A DNA stretch of 64,000 bases, taken from NCBI GenBank assembly GCA_017551665.1, contig JAFZLB010000104.1:9860-73859 (forward strand). The letters run 5' to 3'. This DNA is from Lachnospiraceae bacterium (lineage in GTDB: Bacteria; Bacillota; Clostridia; Lachnospirales; Lachnospiraceae). Positions within the stretch are counted from its first letter, which is position 1. Each line of letters starts with the position of its first letter. The notes under the pieces are model-generated. The model saw only the letters and a program-made list of their open reading frames with translations, did not search any database and had not been told where the DNA came from. Positions 16,878 to 27,239 of the stretch are shown here, piece after piece. Made by a program: the position numbers and the translations under genes.

Positions 16878-18230
16878 ATGATAGTGCAAAAACCTGACAG
16901 AAACAAAACCGTAATACCCATGGATATGACCCGCTATGTGTCCGACGTGACCGGACACGCCATCCAATTCATTCCCGCCATGCTGTTGTACTTCCGCTGC
17001 GTACCGGAGGAACGGTACCGCTTTGCAAAACGGAAAACGGTCGGCTGGTTTTGCCTGGCTTTTTGCATGGAGATTCTGCTGACTTCCGCCGTCAAGCTGA
17101 TGATCACGGAGCGCAATCCGCGCAGCAATCCGGATCTCATCACCTATGCCTGCCTCGTTGCGGAATTCATTCTGCTGATGGCGGCCACGGGACGCGTCAT
17201 GCAGGTGCATAAAGGACCGAACCGCGTCATCGTGCTTTTGTCCTTTTACTGGGCCGTCATGCTGTACGCGCTGACAAGACTGTTGCTGGCCTGGCATACC
17301 ACAGAAGTCACCTACGACGCCACCACCATTGTCGTGCTGCTGATCGTGACCCTCGTTCTCTTTCCGGCCGCAGTGTTTCTGATGGCGCCCTTTGCCAGGG
17401 AATACCTGCTGGTCAGGGACCGGGTGCGCCCGCAGGTCAAGGCCACCGTCACAATCATGACCGTGATTTCGCTGGTGCAGGTCTACGCGATTTCCCTGCA
17501 TCCGGACCGGCAGGAGCTGCCCTTTCTCGCGCTGATGTCCGTCAGCATCACCGTGATTTATATGCTGCTCATCCGCTATGTGGTGGTGGAGGAACAGCGC
17601 ACCGGCATGGAGCTGCATCTTCTGGCCTCGCAGATCCGGCCGCACTTCATTCGCAACGCCTTAAACGCGATCTGCAATCTGGTGGATGAAGATCCGCAGG
17701 CCACGATTCAGGCCATCTATGATTTTTCCGGCTATCTGCGCATGAACTACGAGGCACTGGAAAAGAGTGCGCCTGTGCCCTTTACGGAAGAACTGGAGCA
17801 CGCGAAGTTTTATCTGTCCATCGAAAAACTCCGCTTCCGCGACGAACTGCAGATGGAGATCGATACACCGGTGACGGATTTTTTTCTTCCCGCGCTGACG
17901 GTGCAGCCCATGGTGGAAAACGCGGTGCGGCACGGGCTCCGGGCAAAGGAAGGCGGCGGGACGCTGCGTCTTTCCACGCGGGAAACGGACCGTGCCTATG
18001 AGGTCGTGATACAGGATGACGGCGTGGGTTTCCAAAACAGGCAGGCGGAGGAGGACGGTGTAAGGCCTCCCGGCGGCGGACATTACGGCCTCGTGAATGT
18101 GGAGGCGAGGCTGAAACGGATGGTGTCCGGCAGCATCAGCATTGACAGTGTAAGCGGAGAGGGGACGAGTGTCATCATCCGCATTCCGAAAAAAGAAGAA
18201 CACAGTACAGGGGAGGGCAATGCAGGATGA
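16878..18230 (+). CDS. sensor histidine kinase, LytS/YehU-type (His_kinase + GHKL ATPase), polytopic N-domain
   Basis: [14 protein letters not shown] phospho-acceptor region, NAVRHG and GxG ATPase motifs. Start uncertain (16800, 16878 or 16920); the upstream repeat argues against 16800. Confidence 0.75.
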   Translation: MIVQKPDRNKTVIPMDMTRYVSDVTGHAIQFIPAMLLYFRCVPEERYRFAKRKTVGWFCLAFCMEILLTSAVKLMITERNPRSNPDLITYACLVAEFILLMAATGRVMQVHKGPNRVIVLLSFYWAVMLYALTRLLLAWHTTEVTYDATTIVVLLIVTLVLFPAAVFLMAPFAREYLLVRDRVRPQVKATVTIMTVISLVQVYAISLHPDRQELPFLALMSVSITVIYMLLIRYVVVEEQRTGMELHLLASQIRPHFIRNALNAICNLVDEDPQATIQAIYDFSGYLRMNYEALEKSAPVPFTEELEHAKFYLSIEKLRFRDELQMEIDTPVTDFFLPALTVQPMVENAVRHGLRAKEGGGTLRLSTRETDRAYEVVIQDDGVGFQNRQAEEDGVRPPGGGHYGLVNVEARLKRMVSGSISIDSVSGEGTSVIIRIPKKEEHSTGEGNAG

Positions 18231-19012
18231 ACGTGTTGATTGTGGATGATGAAATCAGTGCCGTGGAGATCCTCGGAAAACGGATCCGGGAGATTCTGGG
18301 AGAAGAGGCAAAGATCTTCACCGCAAGGAACGGACGGGACGCACTGGAAATCCTCGGAAGGGAAGCGGTGGACGTTCTGTTCCTCGATGTGGAAATGCCG
18401 GGCATGAGCGGTCTGGAGGTGGCGAAGAAATGCAGTGAGCTTTACCCGAAGACGAATGTCATCTGCTGCACCGCCTATGAGCAGTATGCCTTAAAGGCCT
18501 GGGAACTCTTTGTCAGCGCCTACATCGTCAAGCCCGCCTCGCCGGAGGACATCCGGAAAGCACTGTCGCATCTGCGGATCCCCGTGGTGGAAAAGCTGAC
18601 GGTGCGCTGCTTCGGAAATTTTGAAGTCTTCCATGAGGGAAGGATCCTGCGTTTCGGCAGAAGCGGTGCAAAGGAACTGCTGGCCTTTTTGGTGGACCGC
18701 AGGGGCGCGGGGGTGAGCAGCGGGGAGCTCTGCGCCGTTCTGTCGTCCGATGCCGCGGAGCCGGAACTGAAAAAGGCAAGTGTCCGGAAGTATGTCATGG
18801 AACTGCGGAGGGTGCTTGCGGAAAACGGTTTTGAAGATGTGCTTTTGCATACGCGGGACAATTATGCCGTAAACCCCGCGCGGCTGGACTGCGATTTCTA
18901 TCGTTTTCTGGAGGGAGATCCGACGGCGCGGATGATGTACAACGGGGAATACATGAGACAGTACAGCTGGGCGGAAAGCACCACGGGTCTGCTGGAATCC
19001 ATGCGCGCGTAA
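18227..19012 (+). CDS. response regulator, receiver + SARP/BTAD-like winged-helix output
   Basis: VLIVDDE...LFLDVEMPGMSG receiver. LTVRCFGNFEVFHEGRILRFGRSGAKELLAFLV resembles SARP-type DNA-binding domains. 4-nt overlap with the kinase gene. Confidence 0.7.
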   Translation: MNVLIVDDEISAVEILGKRIREILGEEAKIFTARNGRDALEILGREAVDVLFLDVEMPGMSGLEVAKKCSELYPKTNVICCTAYEQYALKAWELFVSAYIVKPASPEDIRKALSHLRIPVVEKLTVRCFGNFEVFHEGRILRFGRSGAKELLAFLVDRRGAGVSSGELCAVLSSDAAEPELKKASVRKYVMELRRVLAENGFEDVLLHTRDNYAVNPARLDCDFYRFLEGDPTARMMYNGEYMRQYSWAESTTGLLESMRA

Positions 19013-19021
19013 CGACGCGTC

Positions 19022-20179
19022 TTAAGAGGCTGCGGATTGTTTGCGCTGCCGCTTCACCAGATACATCATCTGATCGGCGATGATCAGAAGATCACCGGGC
19101 AGTCTCCCCTGGTCGGGACAGATGGCGTAGCCGACGCTGGCGGCGAGCGTGTAGGGGAGGCGGTTCCGTTCCTTTATGGTATTCAGATTTTTTGCGAGGG
19201 TATCGGAAAAGAGGGAGGGGGAACCCACACGGTTCACCTCCGCCACGGCCACGAATTCGTCGCCGCCGAGCCTTGCCACAAAACCGCCGTAACTGTCCGT
19301 CGTCAGACGCATGGCGTCGGCAATGCAGCGCAGGGCGCGGTCACCTTCGATATGACCGTATGTGTCATTGATGCTCTTGAAGCGGTCCACATCGATCAGA
19401 AACAGAAAATACCGCGTATCATTTGAAAAATCGGCGAGCAGTTCCTCCAGATACCGTTCCATGGTCTTGCGGTTGTTCAGCCCGGTCAGGGAGTCGATAT
19501 TGATCATGTCCGCCTGCACGCTGGTAAAAATAAAGAGGACGGAAATGATGATGGAAGGCCCCACAAAGGGATATCCGCCGATGAACAGCTGCAGCAGACC
19601 GCCGATGGTGGGGGCGATGATGAAGAAGGAGATTTTACGCAGCCGTTGTTTTTTGGAAACGGAAACTTCTTTGCCCGCGGCGTAAACCGAATGGATGGCC
19701 GTGACCAGAAAGTAGGCGTAGGCGATCACGTTCTGCAGGAAGAAGAAGGGACCGCGCCGGAACACCTCCGCTTCGTCGTAATAAAACACCCAGCCGGTGC
19801 GAAGAGAGGCAAAGCACATAAAGACCATCAAAACACCCGGGAGGGCGAAGAGTGCACGGAACAGGGGCGTTCTTGTCAGCGCCGGGTCAATCTGCAGTTC
19901 CGCAAACAGAAACCATACCACGGCCAGCACCGCCAGCAAAGACATGTAGGCGGCCTGGGCCAGTGCCACGGTGATTACCGGCGGATACATTTCCCCCTGG
20001 TACTGCAGTTGTGTGAAACTGTCCAGCACCATCATCACCATGTAGATGCTTAAGATCAGACGGAAGGCCTTCACCTCCGCCTCCGTACCAAGGTCATGGC
20101 TCACCTTGGAACGCAGGATGGCTGCGGTCACAAAGCAGAGAAACAGGATTTCCAGGTAAACGACAATATATCCGCTCAT
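19022..20179 (-). CDS. membrane-bound diguanylate cyclase (multi-TM + GGDEF)
   Basis: SLTGLNNRK, RLGGDEFVAV. ATG at 20179 preceded by GAAAGG (the track start at 20257 is a TTG). Confidence 0.8.
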   Translation of the reverse strand: MSGYIVVYLEILFLCFVTAAILRSKVSHDLGTEAEVKAFRLILSIYMVMMVLDSFTQLQYQGEMYPPVITVALAQAAYMSLLAVLAVVWFLFAELQIDPALTRTPLFRALFALPGVLMVFMCFASLRTGWVFYYDEAEVFRRGPFFFLQNVIAYAYFLVTAIHSVYAAGKEVSVSKKQRLRKISFFIIAPTIGGLLQLFIGGYPFVGPSIIISVLFIFTSVQADMINIDSLTGLNNRKTMERYLEELLADFSNDTRYFLFLIDVDRFKSINDTYGHIEGDRALRCIADAMRLTTDSYGGFVARLGGDEFVAVAEVNRVGSPSLFSDTLAKNLNTIKERNRLPYTLAASVGYAICPDQGRLPGDLLIIADQMMYLVKRQRKQSAAS

Positions 20180-20271
20180 CAAAAATGCCTTTCCGGGGCG
20201 AAGCAATTCTATCAAACAATCCTGACCAGTATAACACTGTTTTGCAAAATATGACAATCAGTCTTTTTTTC

Positions 20272-20301
20272 TTGACAAGCCGGCGCGGATGAGCGTATAA
20301 T
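20272..20301 (+). promoter_or_regulatory. consensus promoter TTGACA-18-TATAAT for rpmF
   Basis: Both hexamers are perfect. Confidence 0.65.
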
Positions 20302-20348
20302 GATTGTCGCTGTGTAAATGAAAGAGGAAATAACGGAGGAACAGTACC

Positions 20349-20534
20349 ATGGCCATTTGCCCGAAAAATAAATCCAGCAAGGGACGCAGAGACAAAAGAC
20401 GCAGCCCGAATTACAAGATGAAGGCACCGACGCTCGTCAAGTGCAGCCACTGCGGTGCGCTGAGTGAGCCGCACAAGGTCTGCAAGGCCTGCGGTTATTA
20501 CAACAAGAAGAGTGTCGTCGCGGTAGAAGATTAA
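20349..20534 (+). CDS. rpmF: 50S ribosomal protein L32 (zinc-ribbon form)
   Basis: MAICPKNKSSKGRRDKRRS...CSHCG...CKACG. Confidence 0.9.
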   Translation: MAICPKNKSSKGRRDKRRSPNYKMKAPTLVKCSHCGALSEPHKVCKACGYYNKKSVVAVED

Positions 20535-20570
20535 TATAATACCGTCAATAATTGAACGAGATTTTGTTCA

Positions 20571-20612
20571 CAGCACGCCTGTATCCCATAACAGGCGTGC
20601 TGTCTTGTTTTT
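20571..20612 (+). terminator. intrinsic terminator after rpmF
   Basis: 12-bp perfect stem CAGCACGCCTGT/ACAGGCGTGCTG, 8-nt loop, TCTTGTTTTT. Confidence 0.75.
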
Positions 20613-20637
20613 CTCCGGGAAAAGTACCTCCGTTCAC

Positions 20638-20666
20638 TTGAATCTTGCGGATAAATTATGTAAAAT
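20638..20666 (+). promoter_or_regulatory. promoter TTGAAT-17-TAAAAT for plsX operon
   Basis: Seen directly, about 50 nt before the plsX ATG. Confidence 0.5.
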
Positions 20667-20716
20667 ATCCTTTGCGGCTTCGGGTGCCGCAAGGGCTGAA
20701 AAGGGGAAATGAGGGA

Positions 20717-21724
20717 ATGAGTGATCTGGTAAGGGTCGCTGTCGATGCCATGGGCGGAGACAACGCACCGGAGGAAACAGTCAGGGGCGCGGTCAAGGCG
20801 GTGAATGATTCGCCGCGCGTCAATGTATTCCTGGTCGGTCAGGAAGAGCGTATCACGCCCATATTGCAGGAGCTTTCCTACGACAAACAGAGACTGACGG
20901 TGGTGCACGCGCCGGAGGTAATTTCCACGGCGGAGCCGCCGGTCATGGCCATTCGCAACAAGCGGGATTCTTCGCTGGTGAAGGGCATGATGATGGTACG
21001 CGAGGGACAGGCGGACGCCTATGTCTCCGCGGGCAGCACCGGCGCCGTCCTCGTGGGCGGACAGACGGTGATCGGGCGCATCAAGGGCGTCAGCCGCTCG
21101 CCGCTGGCACCGCTCATCCCGACGGAAAAGGGTTCGTCGCTGTTGATTGACTGCGGCGCCAATGTGGACGCAAGGGCGCAGCAGCTCGTGCAGTTCGCGA
21201 AGATCGGCAGCATTTACATGGAGAACATCTGCAAGATCAAATACCCCCGCGTGGCACTCGTCAACATCGGCGCGGAGGAAGAAAAGGGCAATCTCCTGGT
21301 GCGGGAGACCTTCCCGCTGTTGAAGAACTGCCCGGACATCAACTTCACCGGAAATATTGAGGCGCGGGACATCCCGGCCGGCGAGGCGGATGTCATCGTC
21401 TGCGAGGCCTTTGTCGGCAACGTGATTCTGAAGATGTACGAGGGCGTTTCGCAGTCGCTCATGCGCATCATCAAGCAGGGCATGATGTCCAGCACACGCG
21501 GGAAAATCGGCGGCGCGCTGGTGAAGCCCTCGTTGAAATCCGTGCTGAAGGAGTATGACCCGAACCGCCACGGCGGTGCGCCGATGCTGGGATTGAACGG
21601 CCTTGTGGTCAAGGCGCACGGTTCCAGCAACCGCGAGACCTTCTGCAACGCCATCCTCCAGTGCGTGGAGTTCCACGAGGAGCGGGTCGGCGATCAGATC
21701 GCGGCAAAAATCGGGGAAGACTGA
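20717..21724 (+). CDS. plsX: phosphate acyltransferase PlsX
   Basis: RVAVDAMGGDNAP N-terminus, conserved family pattern; position before acpP. Confidence 0.9.
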   Translation: MSDLVRVAVDAMGGDNAPEETVRGAVKAVNDSPRVNVFLVGQEERITPILQELSYDKQRLTVVHAPEVISTAEPPVMAIRNKRDSSLVKGMMMVREGQADAYVSAGSTGAVLVGGQTVIGRIKGVSRSPLAPLIPTEKGSSLLIDCGANVDARAQQLVQFAKIGSIYMENICKIKYPRVALVNIGAEEEKGNLLVRETFPLLKNCPDINFTGNIEARDIPAGEADVIVCEAFVGNVILKMYEGVSQSLMRIIKQGMMSSTRGKIGGALVKPSLKSVLKEYDPNRHGGAPMLGLNGLVVKAHGSSNRETFCNAILQCVEFHEERVGDQIAAKIGED

Positions 21725-21773
21725 GGCCGGGCGTCCGCGGAAAGCGGTACGATGAAAGGAGCAAAGGAGTAAC

Positions 21774-22013
21774 ATGGAAGAACTGCAGAAATTAAAGGAA
21801 ATCACGGCAAGTGTCTTAAGCCTTGACCCGGAGGAAATCCGTCCGGAGATGACCTTCCTGGAGGATCTGGGAGCGGATTCCCTTGACGTCTTCCAGATCA
21901 TCATGGATCTGGAGGATGCCTTCGGCGTCAAGATCGAACAGGACAAGGTCGAAAAGATCTCCACCGTCGGGGAAGCGGCGGAGCTGATCAAGGCCGCTGT
22001 CGCGGGGATTTAA
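21774..22013 (+). CDS. acpP: acyl carrier protein
   Basis: LGADSLD phosphopantetheine-attachment motif, 79 aa. Confidence 0.9.
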   Translation: MEELQKLKEITASVLSLDPEEIRPEMTFLEDLGADSLDVFQIIMDLEDAFGVKIEQDKVEKISTVGEAAELIKAAVAGI

Positions 22014-22697
22014 GTGACGGCGGAATACGCGGATTTACAGGCGCGTATCGGTTACACGTTCCGGGACGAAACGCTTTTACTGGAGGCGCTGACACACAGT
22101 TCCTTCGCCAATGAGCATCAGATCAACCGGCCTGCGGATTATGAGCGGCTGGAATTCCTGGGCGATGCCGTGCTGGAGATGGTAACCAGTGCGCACCTGT
22201 ATCATCTGCTTCCCGACATGAAAGAAGGCGATCTGACGAAAAAACGCGCCGCACAGGTCTGTGAGGACGCGCTGTTTCGTCGTGCGGAAGCCTTTGATCT
22301 CAAAAAGCATATCCGTCTCGGCAAAGGCGAGGAAAAGACCGGCGGCAGGGAGCGGGCCTCCATCATCGCGGACGTCACGGAAGCGCTGATCGGCGCGATT
22401 TACGTGGACGGCGGACAGGAGGCGGCGGAGCGTTTCATCCGCACGTTTATCCTCTGCGAAATCGCCCCCGGCAGGGAACGGCTGGATTATAAGTCCGCCC
22501 TGCAGGAAAAGTTACAGGAAAACGGCTCCATCAATCTGCGCTATGAACTGCTCGGAGAGGCAGGACCGGAGCACCGGAAGGAGTTTTGTTATGCCGTTTA
22601 TCTCAACGGGAAGAAGCTGGGCGAGGGAAGAGGACATAACAAAAAATCGGCGCAGCAGCATGCTGCCAAAGAAGCATTGGAAAATATAGGTTACTGA
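22014..22697 (+). CDS. rnc: ribonuclease III
   Basis: ERLEFLGDAVL signature, C-terminal dsRBD, GTG start. Confidence 0.9.
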   Translation: MTAEYADLQARIGYTFRDETLLLEALTHSSFANEHQINRPADYERLEFLGDAVLEMVTSAHLYHLLPDMKEGDLTKKRAAQVCEDALFRRAEAFDLKKHIRLGKGEEKTGGRERASIIADVTEALIGAIYVDGGQEAAERFIRTFILCEIAPGRERLDYKSALQEKLQENGSINLRYELLGEAGPEHRKEFCYAVYLNGKKLGEGRGHNKKSAQQHAAKEALENIGY

Positions 22698-22698
22698 T

Positions 22699-25600
22699 AT
22701 GTATCTAAAACAAATCGAAGTACAGGGATTCAAATCATTCGCGAACAAACTCCGCCTGGAGTTTCATAACGGCATCACCGGCATCGTGGGGCCCAACGGC
22801 TCCGGCAAGAGTAACGTGGCGGACGCCGTCCGCTGGGTGCTGGGCGAACAGCGCACGAAGCAGCTGCGCGGAAGCTCCATGCAGGACGTCATCTTTTCGG
22901 GGACGGAGCTGCGCAAGCCCCAGGGCTATGCCTACGTGTCCATTACTTTGGACAACTCCGACCACGCGCTTGCCACCAGCTTTGACGAGGTGACGATCGC
23001 CCGCAGGCTGTACCGCAGCGGCGAATCGGAGTATATGATCAACGGCGCGGGCTGCCGTCTGAAGGACATCAACGAACTGTTCTACGACACCGGCATCGGC
23101 AAGGAAGGCTATTCCATCATCGGGCAGGGACAGATTGATCAGATTCTTTCGTCAAAGCCCGAAGACCGGCGTAATCTGTTCGACGAAGCGGCCGGTATCG
23201 TCAAGTACAAGCTGCGCAAGGACACGGCGATTAAGAAGTTAGAGGACGAGAAGGCAAATCTGGTCCGTCTGACGGACATTCTTTCCGAATTGGAAAAGCA
23301 GATGGAGCCGCTGGAAAAGCAGTCCGAGGTGGCGAAGATTTATCTGCGCGACAGGGAGCAGCTCAAAAAACTGGATGTCAACATGTTCCTCATTGATTCC
23401 AACGAACAGCGGGCACTTCTTGCGGAGACGGAGAAAAAGTTCGAGATCGCTTCGAATGAATTACAGCAGGCGGAGCGGGATTCGGAGGACGCGCGCGCGG
23501 AATATGATGAGACCAGCGAAAAGCTGACACAGGTGGACGAAGCAATCAAGGCCGCCATGGAACAGATGACGCAGTCTTCGGTCCTGAAGGAAAAGCTGGA
23601 AGGACAGATCGCGGTGCTGAAGGAGCAGATCCGTTCCGCGGAATCGAACGACGCCCATTTCAAAACGCGGCAGGAGACGCTGAACGCGGAGATCGAAGAG
23701 ATCCGGAAGGAGTATGACGAACGCGTCAAAGCGCGTGAGGCCATTGACGCGGAACTGGCGGGTTTTGAGGAAAAGCACAGCGCGGTCATCAAGGCACATG
23801 AGGAGATTCTTTCCAGGATGGATGCGCTGTCGGAGACGATCGAGGCCTGCAACGCGAAAGTCCTGGAAGCGCTGGAACAGCGTGCCCAGGTGAAGAGCCG
23901 CATCGGTTCCCTGACGACCATGAAGGAACAGGCGCAGATCAAAAACGCCGAGCTGACGAGCCGCCTTTTGAGCGTCCGCACGGAAGGCGAGCGGCAGGAG
24001 GAAGAGCTGTCCAGATTGCGTGAGGTCTTCGAAAAGATCACGGCGGAGATCGACGGGCTGAACAAGGCGCAGAAGGACGCGGAGGAAGAGCTCTCCGGCA
24101 TCAAGGATAAGCTCTCCGGTTACGATGAGCAGCTGCGGCTCGCGCAGGCGGATTACCATACGGAGCGCTCGAAATTAGAGGCGCTGCAGAATCTCGCGGA
24201 GCGCTATGAGGGCTATGGCGGCAGCGTGAAGAAGGTGATGGAACAGCGCGAGACCGTAAAGGGCATTGAGGGCGTCGTCGCGGACATCATCCGCACGAAG
24301 AAGGAATATGAAACTGCCATTGAAACGGCGCTGGGCGGCAGCATCCAGAACATTGTCACGGACAATGAGGAAACCGCGAAGCGTCTCATCAAATTTCTGA
24401 AAGAGACCAAGGGCGGCAGGGCGACGTTTCTGCCCCTGACGGAAATCGAGAAGGTGCGCCCCTTTGATCATGAAGAGGCGCTGAAGGAAAAGGGCGTCAT
24501 CGGTCTGGCAGACACGCTGGTGGAGACGGACAAGCGTTATAAGAACGTGGCGGCGTCTTTGCTCGGGCGCATTGTCGTGACGGATACGGTGGATCACGCG
24601 ATCGCCTTGAACCGCAAGTTTGATCACCGGCTGCGCGTCGTGACGCTGCAGGGAGAGCTTTTGGCACCGGGCGGCGCAATCTCCGGCGGCGCGTTCAAGA
24701 ACCAGTCCAATCTGCTCGGGCGGCGCAGGGAAATCGATGCGCTGAAAAAACGCGTGAAGGAACTGGAGCAGCAGGCGAAGGACGCGGAAGAGAGTATCGA
24801 GAAGACGAAGCAGCACAGAAACGATCTGCGTCTGACGATTGAAAACGCGCGGAAGACGCTGCAGGAAAAGTTCATTGAGCAGAACACGGCGCGTCTGAAT
24901 GTCGCGCGCGAAGAGGAAAAGCAGAAGGAAGCGGAAGGCTCCATACGCGATCTTCAGCGCGAGAAGGAAGAACTGAACGAGCAGCTGGCCGAGATTGAGA
25001 AGGGGCAGGCGGAAGCGGACGCGCGCTTAAAGGAAACGGAAGCGGCGGAGACTGCCGGGCAGGAAGAAGCCGCCAAGGCGCAGGAAGAGCTGAAGGTACT
25101 GCAGGAACAGGAGCAGGAAGCGCAGCAGAAAGTGAATGACGAAGCCGTGGAAGCGGAGACGATCCGCGCGAAACGCTCCTTTGAACAGGAAAACATTGAC
25201 CGCGTCGAAGAGGAACTGAAGGCGCGGAACGAAAGCCTCGCGGAGGTGGAAAGCTCTCTTGCGGAAAACGCGGAGCGCCTGGCGCAGTGCAAAGAGGATA
25301 TTGAAAAGGTCACGGGCACGATTGAGGCCAGCGCGGATTCTTCGGACGAAGCGAAGAGCGTTCTGGAAAGCAAGCAGCAGGAAAAGGAAGCGCTTTCCGC
25401 GAAGCAGAAGGAATTCTTTGAGCAGAACAACAAGCTGGCGGAGCAGATGGCCTCTCTGGGCCGCGAGGTTTCGCGTCTTGAAGCCATGAAGACCCGCCAC
25501 ATGGAAGCGATCGAGGCCCGCATCAATTACATGTGGGACGAGTACGAGATCACGCTCTCCGACGCGGAGCAGATGCGCGATCCGGAGATGACGGACGGCC

Positions 25601-26253
25601 CGCGGATGAAGAAAGAGATCGCGGCCCTGAAGGACGCCATCAAGAAATTGGGCGATGTCAATGTTTCCGCCATCGAGGATTTCCGCAATCTGTCCGAGCG
25701 CTATCACTTTATGAAGGGACAGCACGATGATCTCATCGAGGCCGAGGCACAGCTGCGCGGCATCATCGAAGAGCTGGACCGCTCCATGCGCGAGCAGTTC
25801 ACGGAGCAGTTCACGAAGATCAACGCGTCCTTCAACGAGGTCTTCCGCGAAATGTTCGGCGGCGGCAAGGGCTCGCTGGAGCTTGTGGAAGAAGAGGATG
25901 TGCTGACGGCCGGCATCCGCATCATCGCGCAGCCGCCCGGCAAGAAGTTGCAGAACATGATGCAGCTGTCCGGCGGCGAAAAGGCGCTGACGGCCATCGC
26001 TTTGCTCTTCGCGATCCAGAAACTCAAACCCTCGCCCTTCTGTCTTTTGGACGAGATCGAGGCGGCGCTGGACGAGAACAACGTCGTGCGCTTTGCGCAG
26101 TATCTGCACAAGCTGAAGAACACGCAGTTCATCGTGATTACGCACCGCCGCGGCACGATGGAATCCTCCGACCGTCTGTACGGCATTACGATGCAGGAGA
26201 AGGGGGTGTCGGCGCTCGTCAGCGTGAACTTGATTGAAAAGGATTTAACATAA
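22699..26253 (+). CDS. smc: chromosome segregation protein SMC
   Basis: GPNGSGKSN Walker A, long coiled coils, hinge, LSGGEK and Walker B LLDEIEAALD. Confidence 0.95.
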   Translation: MYLKQIEVQGFKSFANKLRLEFHNGITGIVGPNGSGKSNVADAVRWVLGEQRTKQLRGSSMQDVIFSGTELRKPQGYAYVSITLDNSDHALATSFDEVTIARRLYRSGESEYMINGAGCRLKDINELFYDTGIGKEGYSIIGQGQIDQILSSKPEDRRNLFDEAAGIVKYKLRKDTAIKKLEDEKANLVRLTDILSELEKQMEPLEKQSEVAKIYLRDREQLKKLDVNMFLIDSNEQRALLAETEKKFEIASNELQQAERDSEDARAEYDETSEKLTQVDEAIKAAMEQMTQSSVLKEKLEGQIAVLKEQIRSAESNDAHFKTRQETLNAEIEEIRKEYDERVKAREAIDAELAGFEEKHSAVIKAHEEILSRMDALSETIEACNAKVLEALEQRAQVKSRIGSLTTMKEQAQIKNAELTSRLLSVRTEGERQEEELSRLREVFEKITAEIDGLNKAQKDAEEELSGIKDKLSGYDEQLRLAQADYHTERSKLEALQNLAERYEGYGGSVKKVMEQRETVKGIEGVVADIIRTKKEYETAIETALGGSIQNIVTDNEETAKRLIKFLKETKGGRATFLPLTEIEKVRPFDHEEALKEKGVIGLADTLVETDKRYKNVAASLLGRIVVTDTVDHAIALNRKFDHRLRVVTLQGELLAPGGAISGGAFKNQSNLLGRRREIDALKKRVKELEQQAKDAEESIEKTKQHRNDLRLTIENARKTLQEKFIEQNTARLNVAREEEKQKEAEGSIRDLQREKEELNEQLAEIEKGQAEADARLKETEAAETAGQEEAAKAQEELKVLQEQEQEAQQKVNDEAVEAETIRAKRSFEQENIDRVEEELKARNESLAEVESSLAENAERLAQCKEDIEKVTGTIEASADSSDEAKSVLESKQQEKEALSAKQKEFFEQNNKLAEQMASLGREVSRLEAMKTRHMEAIEARINYMWDEYEITLSDAEQMRDPEMTDGPRMKKEIAALKDAIKKLGDVNVSAIEDFRNLSERYHFMKGQHDDLIEAEAQLRGIIEELDRSMREQFTEQFTKINASFNEVFREMFGGGKGSLELVEEEDVLTAGIRIIAQPPGKKLQNMMQLSGGEKALTAIALLFAIQKLKPSPFCLLDEIEAALDENNVVRFAQYLHKLKNTQFIVITHRRGTMESSDRLYGITMQEKGVSALVSVNLIEKDLT

Positions 26254-27239
26254 TGGGATTTTTTAAGCGACTCAAAAACGGTCTTGGAAAAACGCGCGAC
26301 AATATGGTGCGCGGGTTGGATAATGTGTTTCATGGGACGAATGAGATTGATGATGAGTTCTATGAGGAGATTGAAGAGGTTCTGATCATGGGGGATGTGG
26401 GCGTGCAGGCCACGTCCCGCATCATGGACCGGCTGCGTGAGCAGGTGAAGGAGCAGAAGATCCGCATCGCCGCGGACTGCCGCGCACTGCTCGTCGAAAA
26501 CATCCGCGAACAGATGACGCTGGCGGAAGATGCTTATGATTTTGAGGAACATCACACGGTGATCTTTGTCATCGGCGTCAACGGCGTCGGCAAGACGACG
26601 AGCGTCGGCAAGCTGGCGGCGCTGTACAAGAACGCCGGAAAGAAGGTGCTGGTGGCGGCGGCGGATACCTACCGCGCGGCGGCGACGGAGCAGCTCACCG
26701 AGTGGACGAACCGCGCCGGCGTGCAGATCATCACCGGCCACGAGGGCGCGGACCCGGCGAGCGTCATTTATGACGCCGTGGGTGCGGCAACGGCCCGCGG
26801 CGCGGACATCCTTATCGTGGACACGGCGGGACGTCTGCACAACAAAAAGAATCTCATGGAAGAGCTGCGCAAGATGAACCGGATTCTGGACGAGCGTCTG
26901 CCGGACTGGCGCAGGGAAAACCTGATTGTTCTCGACGGCACGACGGGCCAGAATGCGCTCTCGCAGGCGAAGGAATTCGGCGAGGTGACGGATTTGACCG
27001 GCATCGTGCTGACAAAGCTCGACGGCACCGCCCGGGGCGGCATCGCCATCGCCATCGTCTCGGAGCTCAACGTCCCCGTCAAATACATCGGCGTCGGCGA
27101 GTCCCTCGAAGACCTCGAACGCTTCAATCCGGATGACTACGTCAATGCGCTCTTTGAGACGCACGAGCCGTCAGGCGACGGCGCAGCCGACGCGCTTGCG
27201 CGGGAGGATGAGCCGGCATCTGACGGTCAACAGACATGA
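26253..27239 (+). CDS. ftsY: signal recognition particle receptor FtsY
   Basis: GVNGVGKTTSVGKLA, DTAGRLHNK, TKLDGTARGG. Confidence 0.95.
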   Translation: MGFFKRLKNGLGKTRDNMVRGLDNVFHGTNEIDDEFYEEIEEVLIMGDVGVQATSRIMDRLREQVKEQKIRIAADCRALLVENIREQMTLAEDAYDFEEHHTVIFVIGVNGVGKTTSVGKLAALYKNAGKKVLVAAADTYRAAATEQLTEWTNRAGVQIITGHEGADPASVIYDAVGAATARGADILIVDTAGRLHNKKNLMEELRKMNRILDERLPDWRRENLIVLDGTTGQNALSQAKEFGEVTDLTGIVLTKLDGTARGGIAIAIVSELNVPVKYIGVGESLEDLERFNPDDYVNALFETHEPSGDGAADALAREDEPASDGQQT

